A stretch of DNA of 64,000 nucleotides from an uncultured delta proteobacterium (GCA_903911145.1 CAIWCD010000002.1:62001-126000), one strand, 5' to 3'. Counted from the stretch's first letter, positions 10,853-22,204 are shown. Numbers and translations are program-made. The notes: generated from the letters alone by a model not told the origin.

Positions 10853-12024
10853 CCCATCACCACCAGATCGTCGCGATGCACGACGCAGTCGAGCAGCCGA
10901 TACCCGAGCTGCGGTTCGATCTGCTCGCTCTTGAGACCACGGATCTTGCGCAGCTCATCCGCGCCGTAGACGGCCAGACCGCGCGCGAACGGCTTCTCAC
11001 CGACGAGAGCGATCTCGATCAGATCGCCCGCGGAGAAATTTCCCACCACGTCCTTCACGCCGCTCGGCAGCAGGCTCTTCTTGCGCTCGAGCAGCGCCGC
11101 CTTCGCGCCCGCGTCGACTTGAAGTTCACCGCGCGCTTTCAGGTCGAGCATCCACCGCTGCCGCAGCCGCTTGCGCTCGCCCTGCGCAAGCACCAGCGTG
11201 CCGACATCCTCGCCAGCGAAGAGCCGCGCAAGCTCGCCCGGCGCGCCCGAGATGATCGCGCACGGCACGCCAGCTTCGGTCGCGCGCCGCGCCGCGCGCA
11301 GCTTGGAGATCATGCCTCCCGTGCCGACGCTGGAGGTCTCGTCACCTGCGAGCGCCTCGACCGCGGGCGTGACCTTCTCGATCAACGAGATGCGCGTCGC
11401 CGAGGGATCGCGCCGCGGATCGGCCGTGAAGACGCCGCCCGCATCGGTGAGGATCACCAGCAGATCGGCCTCGCAGATGTCGACGACCATGGCGGCGAGC
11501 GCGTCGTTGTCGCCGAACTTGATCTCCTCGACCGAGACGGTGTCGTTCTCGTTGATCACCGGCACCACGCCGCGCTCGAGCAGCGCACCGAGCGCGCGCC
11601 GCGCATTCAGATAGCGGCCGCGATGCGCAACGTCCGCGTGCGTGAGCAGCACCTGCGCGCTGATCAGATTCCGCTCGGCGAACGCATCATCGTAGAGGCG
11701 CATCAGGCGGCTCTGCCCCGCGGCGGCCGCGGCCTGCTTGAGCGCCATCTCCTTCGGACGGCCGGGAAGTCCGAGCCGCTGCACGCCGAGCGCGACCGCG
11801 CCGCTCGTCACGACGGTGGGAAATCGCCGCTGCGCTGGAGCACCCTGTGCACGGGCGAGCGCAGCAACCTCGTCGCAGAGCGCCGTCACGCGCGTCTGGA
11901 ACTGCCGCAAAGCCGCGTCTGGAGCGGCCGCGCTGCTCTTCTTGATCTCGCCAGCGAGCACGGCCGAGCCGACCTTGATGACGGGGCGCTTGCACCGCGC
12001 GAGCTGCTCTCGAGGAGAAATCAC
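10849..12024 (-). CDS. proB: Glutamate 5-kinase with PUA domain
   Basis: VIKVGS, INENDTV, FGDND, GTGGMISK; overlaps the proA start. Confidence 0.97.
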   Translation of the reverse strand: MISPREQLARCKRPVIKVGSAVLAGEIKKSSAAAPDAALRQFQTRVTALCDEVAALARAQGAPAQRRFPTVVTSGAVALGVQRLGLPGRPKEMALKQAAAAAGQSRLMRLYDDAFAERNLISAQVLLTHADVAHRGRYLNARRALGALLERGVVPVINENDTVSVEEIKFGDNDALAAMVVDICEADLLVILTDAGGVFTADPRRDPSATRISLIEKVTPAVEALAGDETSSVGTGGMISKLRAARRATEAGVPCAIISGAPGELARLFAGEDVGTLVLAQGERKRLRQRWMLDLKARGELQVDAGAKAALLERKKSLLPSGVKDVVGNFSAGDLIEIALVGEKPFARGLAVYGADELRKIRGLKSEQIEPQLGYRLLDCVVHRDDLVVMG

Positions 12025-12107
12025 GCCGCGCTTGTAGCGGGCCGCGGCCGGTTTCGTCGAGTCCGGGGAGCGGGGCGCCAGTGAAATCGTGGTAGGCCCG
12101 CCCGCAG

Positions 12108-13802
12108 ATGAAAGACGATCTGTTCGGAAACACCGAGGGGCTCAAGGCCAACCAGAGCAAGCGGCTGCTCGCGACGTATCGGCGCCGCGTGCACCAGAGC
12201 GAGCTCTGCTCCGCGGAACTTGCGCGCCACCTCACCGAGGTCTCCCGCGAGCTCGGGCGGCAGATCGGCGTGCTGATCAACCGGCGCGGCGAGATCGAGA
12301 ATGTCGTGGTCGGCGATGCGCACCAGCTGGTGCTGCCGGACATCGGGCGCGCGCGCGCAGGATCGTCGCGTCTGCGCGGCGTGCGGCTGGTGCACACGCA
12401 CCTCAAGGACGAGCCGCTCACGCGAGACGACCTGACGGATCTTGTGCTGCTGCGCCTCGACGCGGTGGTCGCGATCGTCGCGCGCGAGGACGGCCTGCCG
12501 GGTCGCGTGCACGTCGGCACGCTCGTGCCGTTCGACAAGACGAAGCCGGGGAGCGATCTCTCGCGCCAGGAGACGTTCGAGAGCGTCCACGCGCTCGACA
12601 ATGAATTCGAATCGCACATCTCCGCGCTCGAGCAGGAGATGGCCCGCGCGACGCCGACTCGCGCGGTTGGCTCGGAGGGGCGCGCGATCCTCTGCGGTGT
12701 CTACTCGGGTGGCAATCTCGCGGGCGCCGAAGCGTCGATGACCGAGCTGAAAGAGCTCTGCCGCACGGCGGGCGTCGAGGTGGTCGACACCGTGCTGCAG
12801 GGGCGCCACCAGGTCGATCCGCGCACGCTCGTCGGCAAGGGGAAACTTCAAGATATCCTCGTGCGCTCGATGGCTCTGGCAGCGGATCTGCTCGTCTTCG
12901 ATCGCGATCTGCAACCGTCGCAGGCGCGCCACATCGGAGATGTCACCAGCTTGCGAATTCTCGATCGCACGCAGCTCATCCTCGACATCTTCGCGAGGCG
13001 GGCGCAGAGCGCCGACGGCAAACTTCAAGTCGAGCTCGCGCAGCAGAAGTATCGGCTGCCGCGCCTGGTGGGTGCGGGCGAGGCGCTTTCTCGCTTGGCG
13101 GGCGGCATCGGCGGGCGCGGTCCGGGCGAGACGAAGCTCGAGATGGATCGCCGGCGCGCGCGCGATCGGATCACCTGGCTCGAGGAGCGGATCGATCGGC
13201 TCTCGACCGATCGCGAAGTGCGCCGGCGCCAGCGGCGGCGGGCGGACGTGCCGCAGATCTCGATCGTCGGCTACACGAATGCAGGCAAGAGCACACTGCT
13301 CAACGCACTCACCGAATCCGACACGCTCGTCGAGGACAAGCTCTTCGCGACGCTCGATCCGACCAGCCGTCGGCTGCGCTTCCCGCACCAGCGCGAGGTC
13401 GTGCTGACCGATACGGTCGGGTTCATCCGCGATCTGCCGAAGGATCTGGTGACCGCGTTTCGCGCCACTCTCGAGGAGCTCGAGGACGCCGATCTGCTCC
13501 TCCACGTCGTCGACGCGAGCGACCCGCGCGCGCAGCAGCAGATCGATTCGGTCGAGAAGATCCTCGCCACGCTGCCACTCGAGAAGACGCCCCGTCTGTT
13601 CGTCTTCAACAAGATGGATCGCGCGCCCGCGGCCGCGCAGCTCGCCCACGAGAAGAACGGCGTCGCCATCTCGGCGTCGACGCGGCAGGGCTTCACCGAG
13701 CTGCTCGAGCGCGCGGAGCAGGTGCTCTGGCGCGAAGGAAAAGTGCAGGCACCGGGCGCGGACGAGGCCGGTCCAGCGTTTCTCGGCGTGCGGAACAATT
13801 AG
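12108..13802 (+). CDS. hflX: GTPase HflX (long form with N-terminal extension)
   Basis: GYTNAGKS, LFATLDPT, DTVGFI, NKMD, GPGETKLE. Confidence 0.96.
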   Translation: MKDDLFGNTEGLKANQSKRLLATYRRRVHQSELCSAELARHLTEVSRELGRQIGVLINRRGEIENVVVGDAHQLVLPDIGRARAGSSRLRGVRLVHTHLKDEPLTRDDLTDLVLLRLDAVVAIVAREDGLPGRVHVGTLVPFDKTKPGSDLSRQETFESVHALDNEFESHISALEQEMARATPTRAVGSEGRAILCGVYSGGNLAGAEASMTELKELCRTAGVEVVDTVLQGRHQVDPRTLVGKGKLQDILVRSMALAADLLVFDRDLQPSQARHIGDVTSLRILDRTQLILDIFARRAQSADGKLQVELAQQKYRLPRLVGAGEALSRLAGGIGGRGPGETKLEMDRRRARDRITWLEERIDRLSTDREVRRRQRRRADVPQISIVGYTNAGKSTLLNALTESDTLVEDKLFATLDPTSRRLRFPHQREVVLTDTVGFIRDLPKDLVTAFRATLEELEDADLLLHVVDASDPRAQQQIDSVEKILATLPLEKTPRLFVFNKMDRAPAAAQLAHEKNGVAISASTRQGFTELLERAEQVLWREGKVQAPGADEAGPAFLGVRNN

Positions 13803-13873
13803 TTTGTACTCAAAGCATCTGTTGGATCGCGTTTCTTGACTTTGCGGCGCGCGGGAATCTACTGGGCGCCGTT

Positions 13874-14296
13874 ATGACGTTCATCGGACATGCGCTCGTG
13901 CGCCTCTCTGTCGCGACCGTGGGGCTTGCTCCGCGCGCAAAGAAGCCCGACGAGGCCGACGACGAAGGACCGCTCGCGCTCTGGCACTGGATCGAAGATC
14001 ACGGCGACGTCGTCTTCCCGCTCATCGGTCTCATCATCTTCGTGCTGGTGGTGATCGCGGTGCGGCGCGCGATGGTGAGCCAGGAGCAGGAGATCAAATC
14101 GCGACGCGGCCAGATGGACACCATCGTCCGGCTGATGCGCGCCAAGCTCTCGCTGACGGCCGATCAGACCGCGACCGAGCTGGGCATCAATCGCTACCAG
14201 GCCTCGACGCTGCTCGATGAGCTCGTCAAGGAGGGCGCGCTGGTGCAGGGGCGGCTTCCCGGCGGCGTCGTCAACTACCGCCTCAAGGGCCTCTAG
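13874..14296 (+). CDS. Single-pass membrane protein with C-terminal winged-helix-like domain
   Basis: TM segment VVFPLIGLIIFVLVVIAV; HTH-like ADQTATELGINRYQASTLLDELVKEG; TTGACT at 13836. Confidence 0.65.
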   Translation: MTFIGHALVRLSVATVGLAPRAKKPDEADDEGPLALWHWIEDHGDVVFPLIGLIIFVLVVIAVRRAMVSQEQEIKSRRGQMDTIVRLMRAKLSLTADQTATELGINRYQASTLLDELVKEGALVQGRLPGGVVNYRLKGL

Positions 14297-14329
14297 ACCG
14301 CACTGGGCGCGGCCTTGCGCGATTCGCAC

Positions 14330-15139
14330 TCAGTGTGCGCGCGCATGCTCGATGCAGTACTCGGTCGCCTTGCCGCCGCACTTCTCCACGCAGTCGCAGA
14401 TGCGGAACTCCATGCGCGGATCGTCCTTCTCGCTCTTGCCGCAGAGCGCGCAGACGCGGATGCGCACGGGCATGGCAGCCGCGGTACGGAACTGCGTGCG
14501 AGCCCGACCGCGCGAAGAGATGCGCGCCTTTCCCTGCAAGCGTGAGCGCAACGCCTCGCCGCAGAAGAGCAGCAGCGTGCCGACCGCGACGGCGATGCCC
14601 GCGCGCGCGGGCCAGTCTCCCGAGATGAACTGCCAGACGAGAAACGCGGCGGTGAGCAGACCGATCCAGCGCATGCGGACCGGGAGCACGAAGTAGATGA
14701 GGATCTCGTAGTCGGGAAACTCGATCGCGAACGCGAGGAGGAGCGCCTGGTCGATGAAGAAGTTCGTCACCGGCCCGACGAGCAGCGCGCTCGCGATGGT
14801 GCCGATCGCGGCGAGGAAATAGAAGGCGTCGAAGCGGAACGTGCCCCACTGCTGCTCGAGCGAATTTCCGATCGTGTAGAGGAAGAGCAGGCCCATCAAG
14901 GTCCAGATCGGTCCGAGCATTCCGCCCGAGATGCTCCACGGCATGAAGAGGAACGTGACGAGGCGCCAGACCTCGCCGCTCTTGATCGCGTTGCCGTCGA
15001 GGACGAACGCTTCGGTCAACTCGGGGCGCGTGAGGCAGATGAAGTAGACGATCGCGGAGAGGCCGACGAGCCACCAGATGATGTGCGCGGGGGCATAGCG
15101 ACCGAATCGGCGCTCGAGCGTGGAGAGCAGGCGTTCCAT
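14330..15139 (-). CDS. Rhomboid/Derlin-like membrane protein with C-terminal Cys/His zinc-binding region
   Basis: GEVWRLVTF (WR motif), several TMs, C-terminal CALC..CDC..C..YCIEH; start 15139 or 15148. Confidence 0.75.
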   Translation of the reverse strand: MERLLSTLERRFGRYAPAHIIWWLVGLSAIVYFICLTRPELTEAFVLDGNAIKSGEVWRLVTFLFMPWSISGGMLGPIWTLMGLLFLYTIGNSLEQQWGTFRFDAFYFLAAIGTIASALLVGPVTNFFIDQALLLAFAIEFPDYEILIYFVLPVRMRWIGLLTAAFLVWQFISGDWPARAGIAVAVGTLLLFCGEALRSRLQGKARISSRGRARTQFRTAAAMPVRIRVCALCGKSEKDDPRMEFRICDCVEKCGGKATEYCIEHARAH

Positions 15140-15222
15140 GGGGCGCACGTTGTAACAGAGCGGCGCGGTGCAGTGGCGAAACGGCGCGGTGCACGACGAC
15201 GAGATGTGATCTAGATCGGCGC

Positions 15223-15909
15223 ATGACCGATTCGACCGAGACCACTGCGGCGCCGCTCACGCACGCTGGACGCCGCGCGCCCGAGCCGCTCGATCCGCGC
15301 ACCGCAGAGGTCTTCCACGCCAGCGTGAGCGATCCGCTCGCGCGCTTCACGGGGCTGCTCGAGCTCGCGCGCGCAAATCCGCACACGAGAGAACCGACCG
15401 CGATGTCGCTCTCGACGGTGGACGCGGATGGCCAGCCCTCGTCGCGGATCGTGCTGCTCAAGCAACTCGACGCGCGCGGCTTCGTCTTCTTCACGAATCT
15501 CCACTCGCGCAAAGGGCGCGCGATCGCCGCGAACTCGAGAGTGGCGCTGCTCTTCCACTGGCAGGCGCTCGAGGTGCAGGTGCGCATCGAGGGGCCGGCC
15601 GTGCTGGTGCAGGACGCCGAGGCCGACGACTACTTCGCGCACCGGCCGCGGCAGAGCCAGCTCGGCGCGTGGGCCTCGGAGCAGAGCGAGGAGCTTGCGT
15701 CGCGCGAGGAGCTGATCGCGCGCTTCAAGAAGCTCGACGAGAAGTTCGCAAATCAGCCCGTGGCGCGGCCGCCGCACTGGTCGGGCTTCTACGTCGCGCC
15801 GCGCACGATCGAATTCTGGCGGAATCAGGAGAGCCGGCTGCACGAGCGCGAGCGCTACAGCCGCGCGGACGAGCGCACGCCGTGGGCGCACGCGCTGCTC
15901 AATCCGTGA
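15223..15909 (+). CDS. pdxH: Pyridoxine/pyridoxamine 5'-phosphate oxidase
   Basis: RIVLLK, FFTNLHSRKG, SQLGAWASEQS, RPPHWSG, EFW..RLHER. Confidence 0.96.
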   Translation: MTDSTETTAAPLTHAGRRAPEPLDPRTAEVFHASVSDPLARFTGLLELARANPHTREPTAMSLSTVDADGQPSSRIVLLKQLDARGFVFFTNLHSRKGRAIAANSRVALLFHWQALEVQVRIEGPAVLVQDAEADDYFAHRPRQSQLGAWASEQSEELASREELIARFKKLDEKFANQPVARPPHWSGFYVAPRTIEFWRNQESRLHERERYSRADERTPWAHALLNP

Positions 15910-15931
15910 GGATTCAGATAGTCTCACGCGC

Positions 15932-16348
15932 ATGCCAAATACGAATTCGCGCACGCATTCCGTTCTTGCGGCTCTGCTCCTCTGCACCGCCTTCGCGGCC
16001 CGCGCAGAGACGCTTCATTACGGACCTGAGGTGGTCACCCTCCACGGGACGTTGGAGAAGAAGACCTTCTACGGCGCGCCGGGCTTTGGCGAAGACCCGA
16101 AGCACGATGCCGTCGAGCCGCGCTACATCCTGAAGCTCGACGCCCCGGTTGACGTCGTCGCGACCGCCGCCCAGCAGAAGGAAGGGATCGAGGTTGCGGA
16201 GATGGCGATCACGGAGATCACCGTGAATGAAGCAGATCTCGACGCGCAGGTCGGCAAGCACGCGCAGTTTCGCGGGATGCTGAGCCACGCGATCAACGGG
16301 CACCACCACACGAAGATTCTCCTCGACCCGATCAAGACCGGAAAGTGA
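15932..16348 (+). CDS. Secreted protein, DUF4431-like
   Basis: Signal peptide; GAPGFGEDP and HAINGHHHT motifs. Confidence 0.7.
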   Translation: MPNTNSRTHSVLAALLLCTAFAARAETLHYGPEVVTLHGTLEKKTFYGAPGFGEDPKHDAVEPRYILKLDAPVDVVATAAQQKEGIEVAEMAITEITVNEADLDAQVGKHAQFRGMLSHAINGHHHTKILLDPIKTGK

Positions 16349-16369
16349 TCGGCGGCCCGCCGCGAGGCG

Positions 16370-17764
16370 CTACTTCGCCTTCGGCCCCGTCATCTCCTCC
16401 GGCTTCACCCACGCGTCGAACTGCTCGCTCGTGACGTAGCCGAGCTCGAGCGCCGAGGCCTTCAAGGTCGTGCCGTCCTTGTGCGCCTTCTTCGCGATCT
16501 TCGCCGCCTTGTCGTAGCCGATGTGCGGGTTGAGCGCGGTGACGAGCATGAGCGACTCGTGCAGCAGCTTGTCGAGGCGCGCGCGATCCGGCTCGATGCC
16601 GCGCGCGCAGTGCTCCTCGAACGAGAGCATCCCGTCGGCGAGCAGGCGCGTCGACATGAGGAAGTTGTGCGCGATGAGCGGCTTGAAGACGTTGAGCTCG
16701 AAGTTCCCGCTCGCGCCGCCGAAGTTCACCGCGACGTCGTTGCCGAAGACCTGCGCGCAGAGCATCGTCAGCGCTTCGCTCTGCGTCGGGTTCACCTTGC
16801 CCGGCATGATCGACGAGCCCGGCTCGTTCTCGGGAATGCGCAATTCTCCGATGCCGCAGCGCGGGCCCGACGCGAGCCAGCGCACGTCGTTGGCGATCTT
16901 CATCAGGCCAGCCGCAAGCGTCTTGAGCGCGCCGTGCGCGAAGACGAGCGCATCGTGCGCGGCGAGCGACTCGAACTTGTTCGGCGCCGTCACGAACGCG
17001 TGCTTGGCAACCTTCGTGATCTCCGCCGCGACGCGCACGGCGAACTCAGGATGCGCGTTCAAACCCGTGCCCACCGCGGTCCCGCCGAGCGCCAGCTCGC
17101 GCAGATGCGGCAGCGCCGAGTCGACGTGCTTCTTCGCCCAGTCGAGCTGCGCGACGTAGCCGGAGAACTCCTGGCCGAGCGTGAGCGGAGTCGCATCCTG
17201 AAGATGCGTGCGGCCGATCTTCACGATGCTGGCGAACTCGGCGCTCTTCTTCGCCAACGTCTCGCGGAGCACGCCCAGCGCGGGAATGAGATGCGCCTCG
17301 ACCGCCGCCACCGCGGCCACGCTCATCGCGGTCGGGTAGACGTCGTTCGACGACTGCCCCTTGTTCACGTCGTCGTTGGGATGCACGAGCCGCTCTTCGC
17401 CGCGCAGGCCGCCGAGAATCTCCGACGCGCGATTGGCGAGCACCTCGTTCATGTTCATGTTGGTCTGCGTGCCCGAGCCGGTCTGCCAGACCGCGAGCGG
17501 AAACTCGCCATCGTGCTTCCCTTCGATCACTTCGTCAGCGGCCGCGATGATCGCGTTGGCCTTCTTCTCGTCGAGAACTTTCAGGTCGCAGTTCACCTGC
17601 GCCGCGGCCCGCTTGACCTGCGCGAGCGCCTTCACGAGCGCGGGCGGCATCTTCTCGGTGGAGATCTTGAAGTTCTGCAGAGAGCGCTGCGTCTGCGCGC
17701 CCCAGAGCTTCTCCGCGGGAACTTCGATGGGACCGAACGTATCCTTCTCGATGCGCGTCGCCAT
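16370..17764 (-). CDS. fumC: Class II fumarate hydratase
   Basis: [24 protein letters not shown]; start MATRIEKD with GGAG RBS. Confidence 0.98.
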   Translation of the reverse strand: MATRIEKDTFGPIEVPAEKLWGAQTQRSLQNFKISTEKMPPALVKALAQVKRAAAQVNCDLKVLDEKKANAIIAAADEVIEGKHDGEFPLAVWQTGSGTQTNMNMNEVLANRASEILGGLRGEERLVHPNDDVNKGQSSNDVYPTAMSVAAVAAVEAHLIPALGVLRETLAKKSAEFASIVKIGRTHLQDATPLTLGQEFSGYVAQLDWAKKHVDSALPHLRELALGGTAVGTGLNAHPEFAVRVAAEITKVAKHAFVTAPNKFESLAAHDALVFAHGALKTLAAGLMKIANDVRWLASGPRCGIGELRIPENEPGSSIMPGKVNPTQSEALTMLCAQVFGNDVAVNFGGASGNFELNVFKPLIAHNFLMSTRLLADGMLSFEEHCARGIEPDRARLDKLLHESLMLVTALNPHIGYDKAAKIAKKAHKDGTTLKASALELGYVTSEQFDAWVKPEEMTGPKAK

Positions 17765-17903
17765 GGTGATCTCCTCGAAAGTTGCGCGCGTGATAGCGCG
17801 GCGGTCGCGCCACGACAAGGCGACGCGGCGACGCAGGCCGAGACTTTTGCGCTGATTGCGGTGCGATTCTTGACGGCTCGCGCACTCGACTTACTGTCGC
17901 CAC

Positions 17904-19091
17904 ATGCAATGCGTTCGTTGTTCGCAGCCGCTGACTCCTCGCGCAGATCGTTGCCTGCGCTGTTTCGCGCTCAATCCGCAGAACCGTCCCGAGCCGATCG
18001 TCGCGAAGACAGCGCCAGTCGTGCGCGCGCCGATCGTCGAGCAGCCCATCGCGCTCTCGATCGAATCAGATCCGCCGCAGCTCTCCGCTGCGCTCGGCGC
18101 GCTCTCGATCCATTCCGAGCCGCCGCTGATCTCGCCGAAGGCTTGCGACACCGACCCGCAGTTCGGCCTCACCATCGACGCGCTCGCGCAGACGCCGATC
18201 GCCGCAAGTCCGCGCCAGGAGCCGCTCATCGCGCCGCTGGTTGCGCCGCTGATCTCTCCCGACGCGCCCAGGACAGAGCCGCTCTTCGGGCAGCGGATCG
18301 CGATGCTCGCGGTGGACACGGAGCCGGCGTTCACGCAGCCGACGCCGTCGTCGCTGCCGCGCTTGCGCGAGCAGTACGCGGGCGAGCCGATTGTGATCGA
18401 ACGTCTCCCGTCCACGCCCCAGTCGGCCGCGCGCAAGATCGATGCGCTCGCGCAGACGGCGCTCCTGCTCAGCGATGTCGATCTGCCGATCGATCCTGAA
18501 TGGCGCTCGTCCCCGCCGCCGATGCGCGCACCGAGGATCCCGCGCGCACCGCACGCGAACCTCGTGCACAGCGCGGCGCCGGAGCCGACTGCACCTCCGG
18601 CCGCAGCACCGCGTGCACCGTCTCTTCTGGGCGCGCAGATCAAGGCCTGGGCGATCGATGCCGCGGCGATTGCACTGACGTCGACGCTCTTCGTCGCGAT
18701 CTCCGTGCTGCTGCTCGGCGAAAAGAGCATGGCACCGCTCGGTACGCAGTCGTGGCAGAGCTGGGCGGACGGGCTGCTCTTCACGCATCATCTTCCGCTG
18801 CTCTGGTGCCTGCTCACGGCGACGCTCGCGCTCGGCTACTCGTGGCTCTTCACGGCGCTGATGGGCCGCACGCTGGGCCTGCGCACGATGGGGCTGACGC
18901 TCAAGCGCGTGGATGGCTCGCGCGTCGATCCGGTGCAGTCGCTCGCGCGCGCCGCGCTGGCGCTGCCCTCGGTCGCGCTGGGATGTTTTGGCTTCGTGCT
19001 CGCGCTCCTCGATCCGCGCGGCCAGACGCTGCACGACAAGCTTTCGCGCACGCTGGTGGTGAGCGATGGCTCGCGCACCGGGTCTGTGTAG
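17904..19091 (+). CDS. RDD-family membrane protein with N-terminal zinc ribbon and Pro-rich linker
   Basis: CxxC..CxxC N-terminus; RDD motifs AWAID, GRTLG, QTLHDKLSRT. Confidence 0.8.
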   Translation: MQCVRCSQPLTPRADRCLRCFALNPQNRPEPIVAKTAPVVRAPIVEQPIALSIESDPPQLSAALGALSIHSEPPLISPKACDTDPQFGLTIDALAQTPIAASPRQEPLIAPLVAPLISPDAPRTEPLFGQRIAMLAVDTEPAFTQPTPSSLPRLREQYAGEPIVIERLPSTPQSAARKIDALAQTALLLSDVDLPIDPEWRSSPPPMRAPRIPRAPHANLVHSAAPEPTAPPAAAPRAPSLLGAQIKAWAIDAAAIALTSTLFVAISVLLLGEKSMAPLGTQSWQSWADGLLFTHHLPLLWCLLTATLALGYSWLFTALMGRTLGLRTMGLTLKRVDGSRVDPVQSLARAALALPSVALGCFGFVLALLDPRGQTLHDKLSRTLVVSDGSRTGSV

Positions 19092-19096
19092 CGCCC

Positions 19097-20620
19097 ATGC
19101 CACGACGCCTCATCCAGCTCGCCTCACTCCTGCTCGCGCTCGCGTCTCTGGCCTCGTCGGCGGCGTCGCGCACGAAGAGCAAGGCGAAGTCGCGCGAGCC
19201 CGTGATCGCCGCAGCCGCACTCGTCGGCGAAATCGTTCCCGCGAGCGCGCCGGCCGCGATTCTCCTCGACGGGGCAGATGCCGCGTCAGGTCTGGTCGCG
19301 CTCTTGTCGAGCGCTGGACGGTACGCGCCGTCGCTGCAGCCCAGGCTGATTTCGCAGGATCTCTCGCGCGCGCTCGGCGTCGATCCGTTCTCGCCCGGAA
19401 TCGATGCGGGCCTTGCTGGGAGCGGTCCGCGTGCGATCATCCTCGATCCGCGCGCGCTCGCGTTCACGGCCCCCGTCGGCGACGAGGCGCTTGCGAAGCA
19501 TGCACTTCAAGTGTGGCTTTCGCAGCTCGGACCGGTTCGTCCGACGAGGCAGAGTCCGGGTCCACTGCACGGTCCGCTCGTCTCGGGCGGCGGCGATCAG
19601 GTGCGCGCCGGAATGATCGCGCCCGTGGCCGGCTCGATGCGTCTGATCACGGCGTCGGGTCGCAACGCAGCCGCACTCGTTTCGCAGCTCGCGCACGTCG
19701 GGCGCAAGAAGCAGGACAACACGCCGCTCGGGATGGACGAGACGCTCTCGGCCGCTCTCAGCGCGGTCCCGGGCCCCTTGCGCCTCTGGAGTCGCGGACA
19801 GGCGCCCGTGCTCGGCGCGCTCGTTTCTCTCGACGCGAACGCGAACGGCCTTTCCGCTCATGGCCTGCTCCTCGCGATCGCCGGGAGCGCGGCGCTGCTC
19901 GACGGAACCGCTCCGCCCGAGAGCGCGTGCGATGGCACTCCTCTCTTCTGCGCGCGCGCCGCTCCGGGTCCTGCGCTGCGCACGCTCGCGCCGCTGCTCA
20001 TTCGCGAGTTGGTCGCGCGCGATCTTTTCGGCCGCCAGCGCGATCCGATCGATCGGCTGCTGCAAGGCGCGCTCTCCCTCACACAGGGGCCGGTGCTCCT
20101 GCGCGTCGATTCGCTCTCCGCGCGCGCTCTGACCACGCCCGAAAAGCTTCTCGGCGCGCTCACGTCTTCTCTCTCGAGCGGAGCGTCCGCGGAGCCGCTC
20201 GCGATGCCCTCTCCGCTGCCGGCACAGTGGGCCGCGCTGCCTGCGCCGCAGATTGGAGCGATGCTCGCTCCTGCGACGCAGCTCTGCCTCCAGTCGCAAA
20301 CAGGCCTGCTCTGGCTCTCGAGCCCCTGCGCGCCCGCGCCACCGCATCTTCTCGAGACGGGAGGGGCGCGCGAAATCACGGCCCGCCTCGACAGTGCGGC
20401 ACTCGCACGCAGCCTCTCTCCGCTGACCGCACTCGACGCACTGCGCGGCCCACTCGCTGCCGGCGCGTTCGCGGGCAAACTCCTCTGGGGCGCTCTCTTC
20501 GCGAACTCAGGTCCCATCGATCTCGCGGCCCGCCCGACCACGCAGACCGACGCCGCTCTCGCAGGCGCGCTCGATCTCTCGTTTGCCTGGCCCCTTTCCT
20601 CGGCGGGCGCGCAGCAGTAG
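19097..20620 (+). CDS. Hypothetical exported protein
   Basis: Signal-peptide-like MPRRLIQLASLLLALASLASSAA; starts 5 nt after the RDD gene stop. Confidence 0.65.
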   Translation: MPRRLIQLASLLLALASLASSAASRTKSKAKSREPVIAAAALVGEIVPASAPAAILLDGADAASGLVALLSSAGRYAPSLQPRLISQDLSRALGVDPFSPGIDAGLAGSGPRAIILDPRALAFTAPVGDEALAKHALQVWLSQLGPVRPTRQSPGPLHGPLVSGGGDQVRAGMIAPVAGSMRLITASGRNAAALVSQLAHVGRKKQDNTPLGMDETLSAALSAVPGPLRLWSRGQAPVLGALVSLDANANGLSAHGLLLAIAGSAALLDGTAPPESACDGTPLFCARAAPGPALRTLAPLLIRELVARDLFGRQRDPIDRLLQGALSLTQGPVLLRVDSLSARALTTPEKLLGALTSSLSSGASAEPLAMPSPLPAQWAALPAPQIGAMLAPATQLCLQSQTGLLWLSSPCAPAPPHLLETGGAREITARLDSAALARSLSPLTALDALRGPLAAGAFAGKLLWGALFANSGPIDLAARPTTQTDAALAGALDLSFAWPLSSAGAQQ

Positions 20621-20632
20621 CTTGCCGCCCCC

Positions 20633-22204
20633 ATGAGCGACCAACATCTCTCTCCCCGCGAGCGGCTTGCCCACCTTGACGCGCAGGCAGAGCTCGGCGG
20701 CGGCCAGGATCGCATCGACAAGCAGCACGCCGACGGCAAGCTGACCGCGCGCGAGCGCATCGAGCTGCTCCTCGACCCGGGCTCGTTCCTCGAGCTCGAT
20801 AAGTTCAAGACCCACCGCTGCAACGACTTCGGAATGGCTGAGAAGAAGTTCCTCGGCGACGGCGTCGTCACCGGCTACGGCACCGTCGAGGGCCGCCAGA
20901 TCTTCGTCTTCGCGCAGGACTTCACCGTCTTCGGCGGCAGCCTCTCGGGCGCCTACGCGGAGAAGATCTGCAAGGTGATGGATCTCGCTGTCTCCACCGG
21001 CTGCCCCGTGGTGGGATTAAACGACTCCGGCGGCGCGCGCATTCAAGAGGGCGTCGTTTCGCTCGCGGGATATGCCGAGATCTTCTATCGCAACGTCGCG
21101 GCCTCGGGCGTCGTCCCGCAGCTCTCGGCGATCCTCGGCCCCTGCGCAGGCGGCGCGGTCTATAGCCCGGCCATCACCGACTTCATCGCGATGACCAAGG
21201 GCTCCAGCTACATGTTCATCACGGGCCCCGACGTGATCAAGACGGTCACGCACGAGGAGGTCTCGAAGGAGGATCTCGGCGGCGCGCAGGCGCACAACGC
21301 GCGCTCGGGCGTCGCGCAGTTTGCCGCCGAAGACGAAGCAAGCTGCATCCGCACGCTGCGTGAACTTCTCTCGTACCTGCCTTCGAACAACCTCGACGAC
21401 GCACCGGTTGTGGCGACGCAGGATCCGCTCGACCGCAAGGATGAGTCATTAAAGTCGATCGTCCCGGCCAATCCCAACAAGCCCTACGACATTAAAGAAG
21501 TCATCCGCGGCGTCGTCGACGATCGCCACTTCTTCGAGGTCGCCGAGCATTACGCGAAGAACATCGTCATCGGCTTCGCGCGCCTCGGCGGACAGAGCGT
21601 GGGAATCGTCGCCAATCAGCCTCAAGTGCTGGCGGGCGTGCTCGATATCGATGCCTCGCGCAAGGCGGCGCGCTTCGTGCGCACCTGCGATGCGTTTAAT
21701 ATCCCGTTAATCACCTTCGTCGACGTGCCTGGATTCCTGCCGGGGACGTCTCAAGAGTGGGGCGGCATCATCACGCACGGCGCGAAACTGCTCTATGCCT
21801 TCGCGGAAGCGACCGTGCCGAAGCTGACCGTGATTACCCGCAAGGCATACGGCGGCGCATATGACGTGATGGCGTCGAAGCATATCCGCGCGGATATCAA
21901 CCTCGCCTGGCCGACTGCGGAGATCGCCGTGATGGGCCCCGAGGGCGCGGTGAATATCGTCTTCCGCAACGAGCTGGCCGAGAAGAGCAAGGGCGGGCCG
22001 GGCGCGGCCGAGGGTGCGCGCAAGGAGCTTGCGCAGAACTATCGCGATACCTTCGCCAATCCCTATAAGGCCGCCGAATTGGGATATGTCGACGAGGTGA
22101 TTCTCCCCGAGGAGACGCGCCCGCGCCTCTGCCGCGCGCTCAAGATGCTCGCCAACAAGCGCGTCGAAGCGCCCAAGCGCAAGCACGGCAATATCCCGCT
22201 TTAA
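20633..22204 (+). CDS. pccB: Propionyl-CoA/acyl-CoA carboxylase carboxyltransferase subunit
   Basis: [44 protein letters not shown]. Confidence 0.95.
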   Translation: MSDQHLSPRERLAHLDAQAELGGGQDRIDKQHADGKLTARERIELLLDPGSFLELDKFKTHRCNDFGMAEKKFLGDGVVTGYGTVEGRQIFVFAQDFTVFGGSLSGAYAEKICKVMDLAVSTGCPVVGLNDSGGARIQEGVVSLAGYAEIFYRNVAASGVVPQLSAILGPCAGGAVYSPAITDFIAMTKGSSYMFITGPDVIKTVTHEEVSKEDLGGAQAHNARSGVAQFAAEDEASCIRTLRELLSYLPSNNLDDAPVVATQDPLDRKDESLKSIVPANPNKPYDIKEVIRGVVDDRHFFEVAEHYAKNIVIGFARLGGQSVGIVANQPQVLAGVLDIDASRKAARFVRTCDAFNIPLITFVDVPGFLPGTSQEWGGIITHGAKLLYAFAEATVPKLTVITRKAYGGAYDVMASKHIRADINLAWPTAEIAVMGPEGAVNIVFRNELAEKSKGGPGAAEGARKELAQNYRDTFANPYKAAELGYVDEVILPEETRPRLCRALKMLANKRVEAPKRKHGNIPL

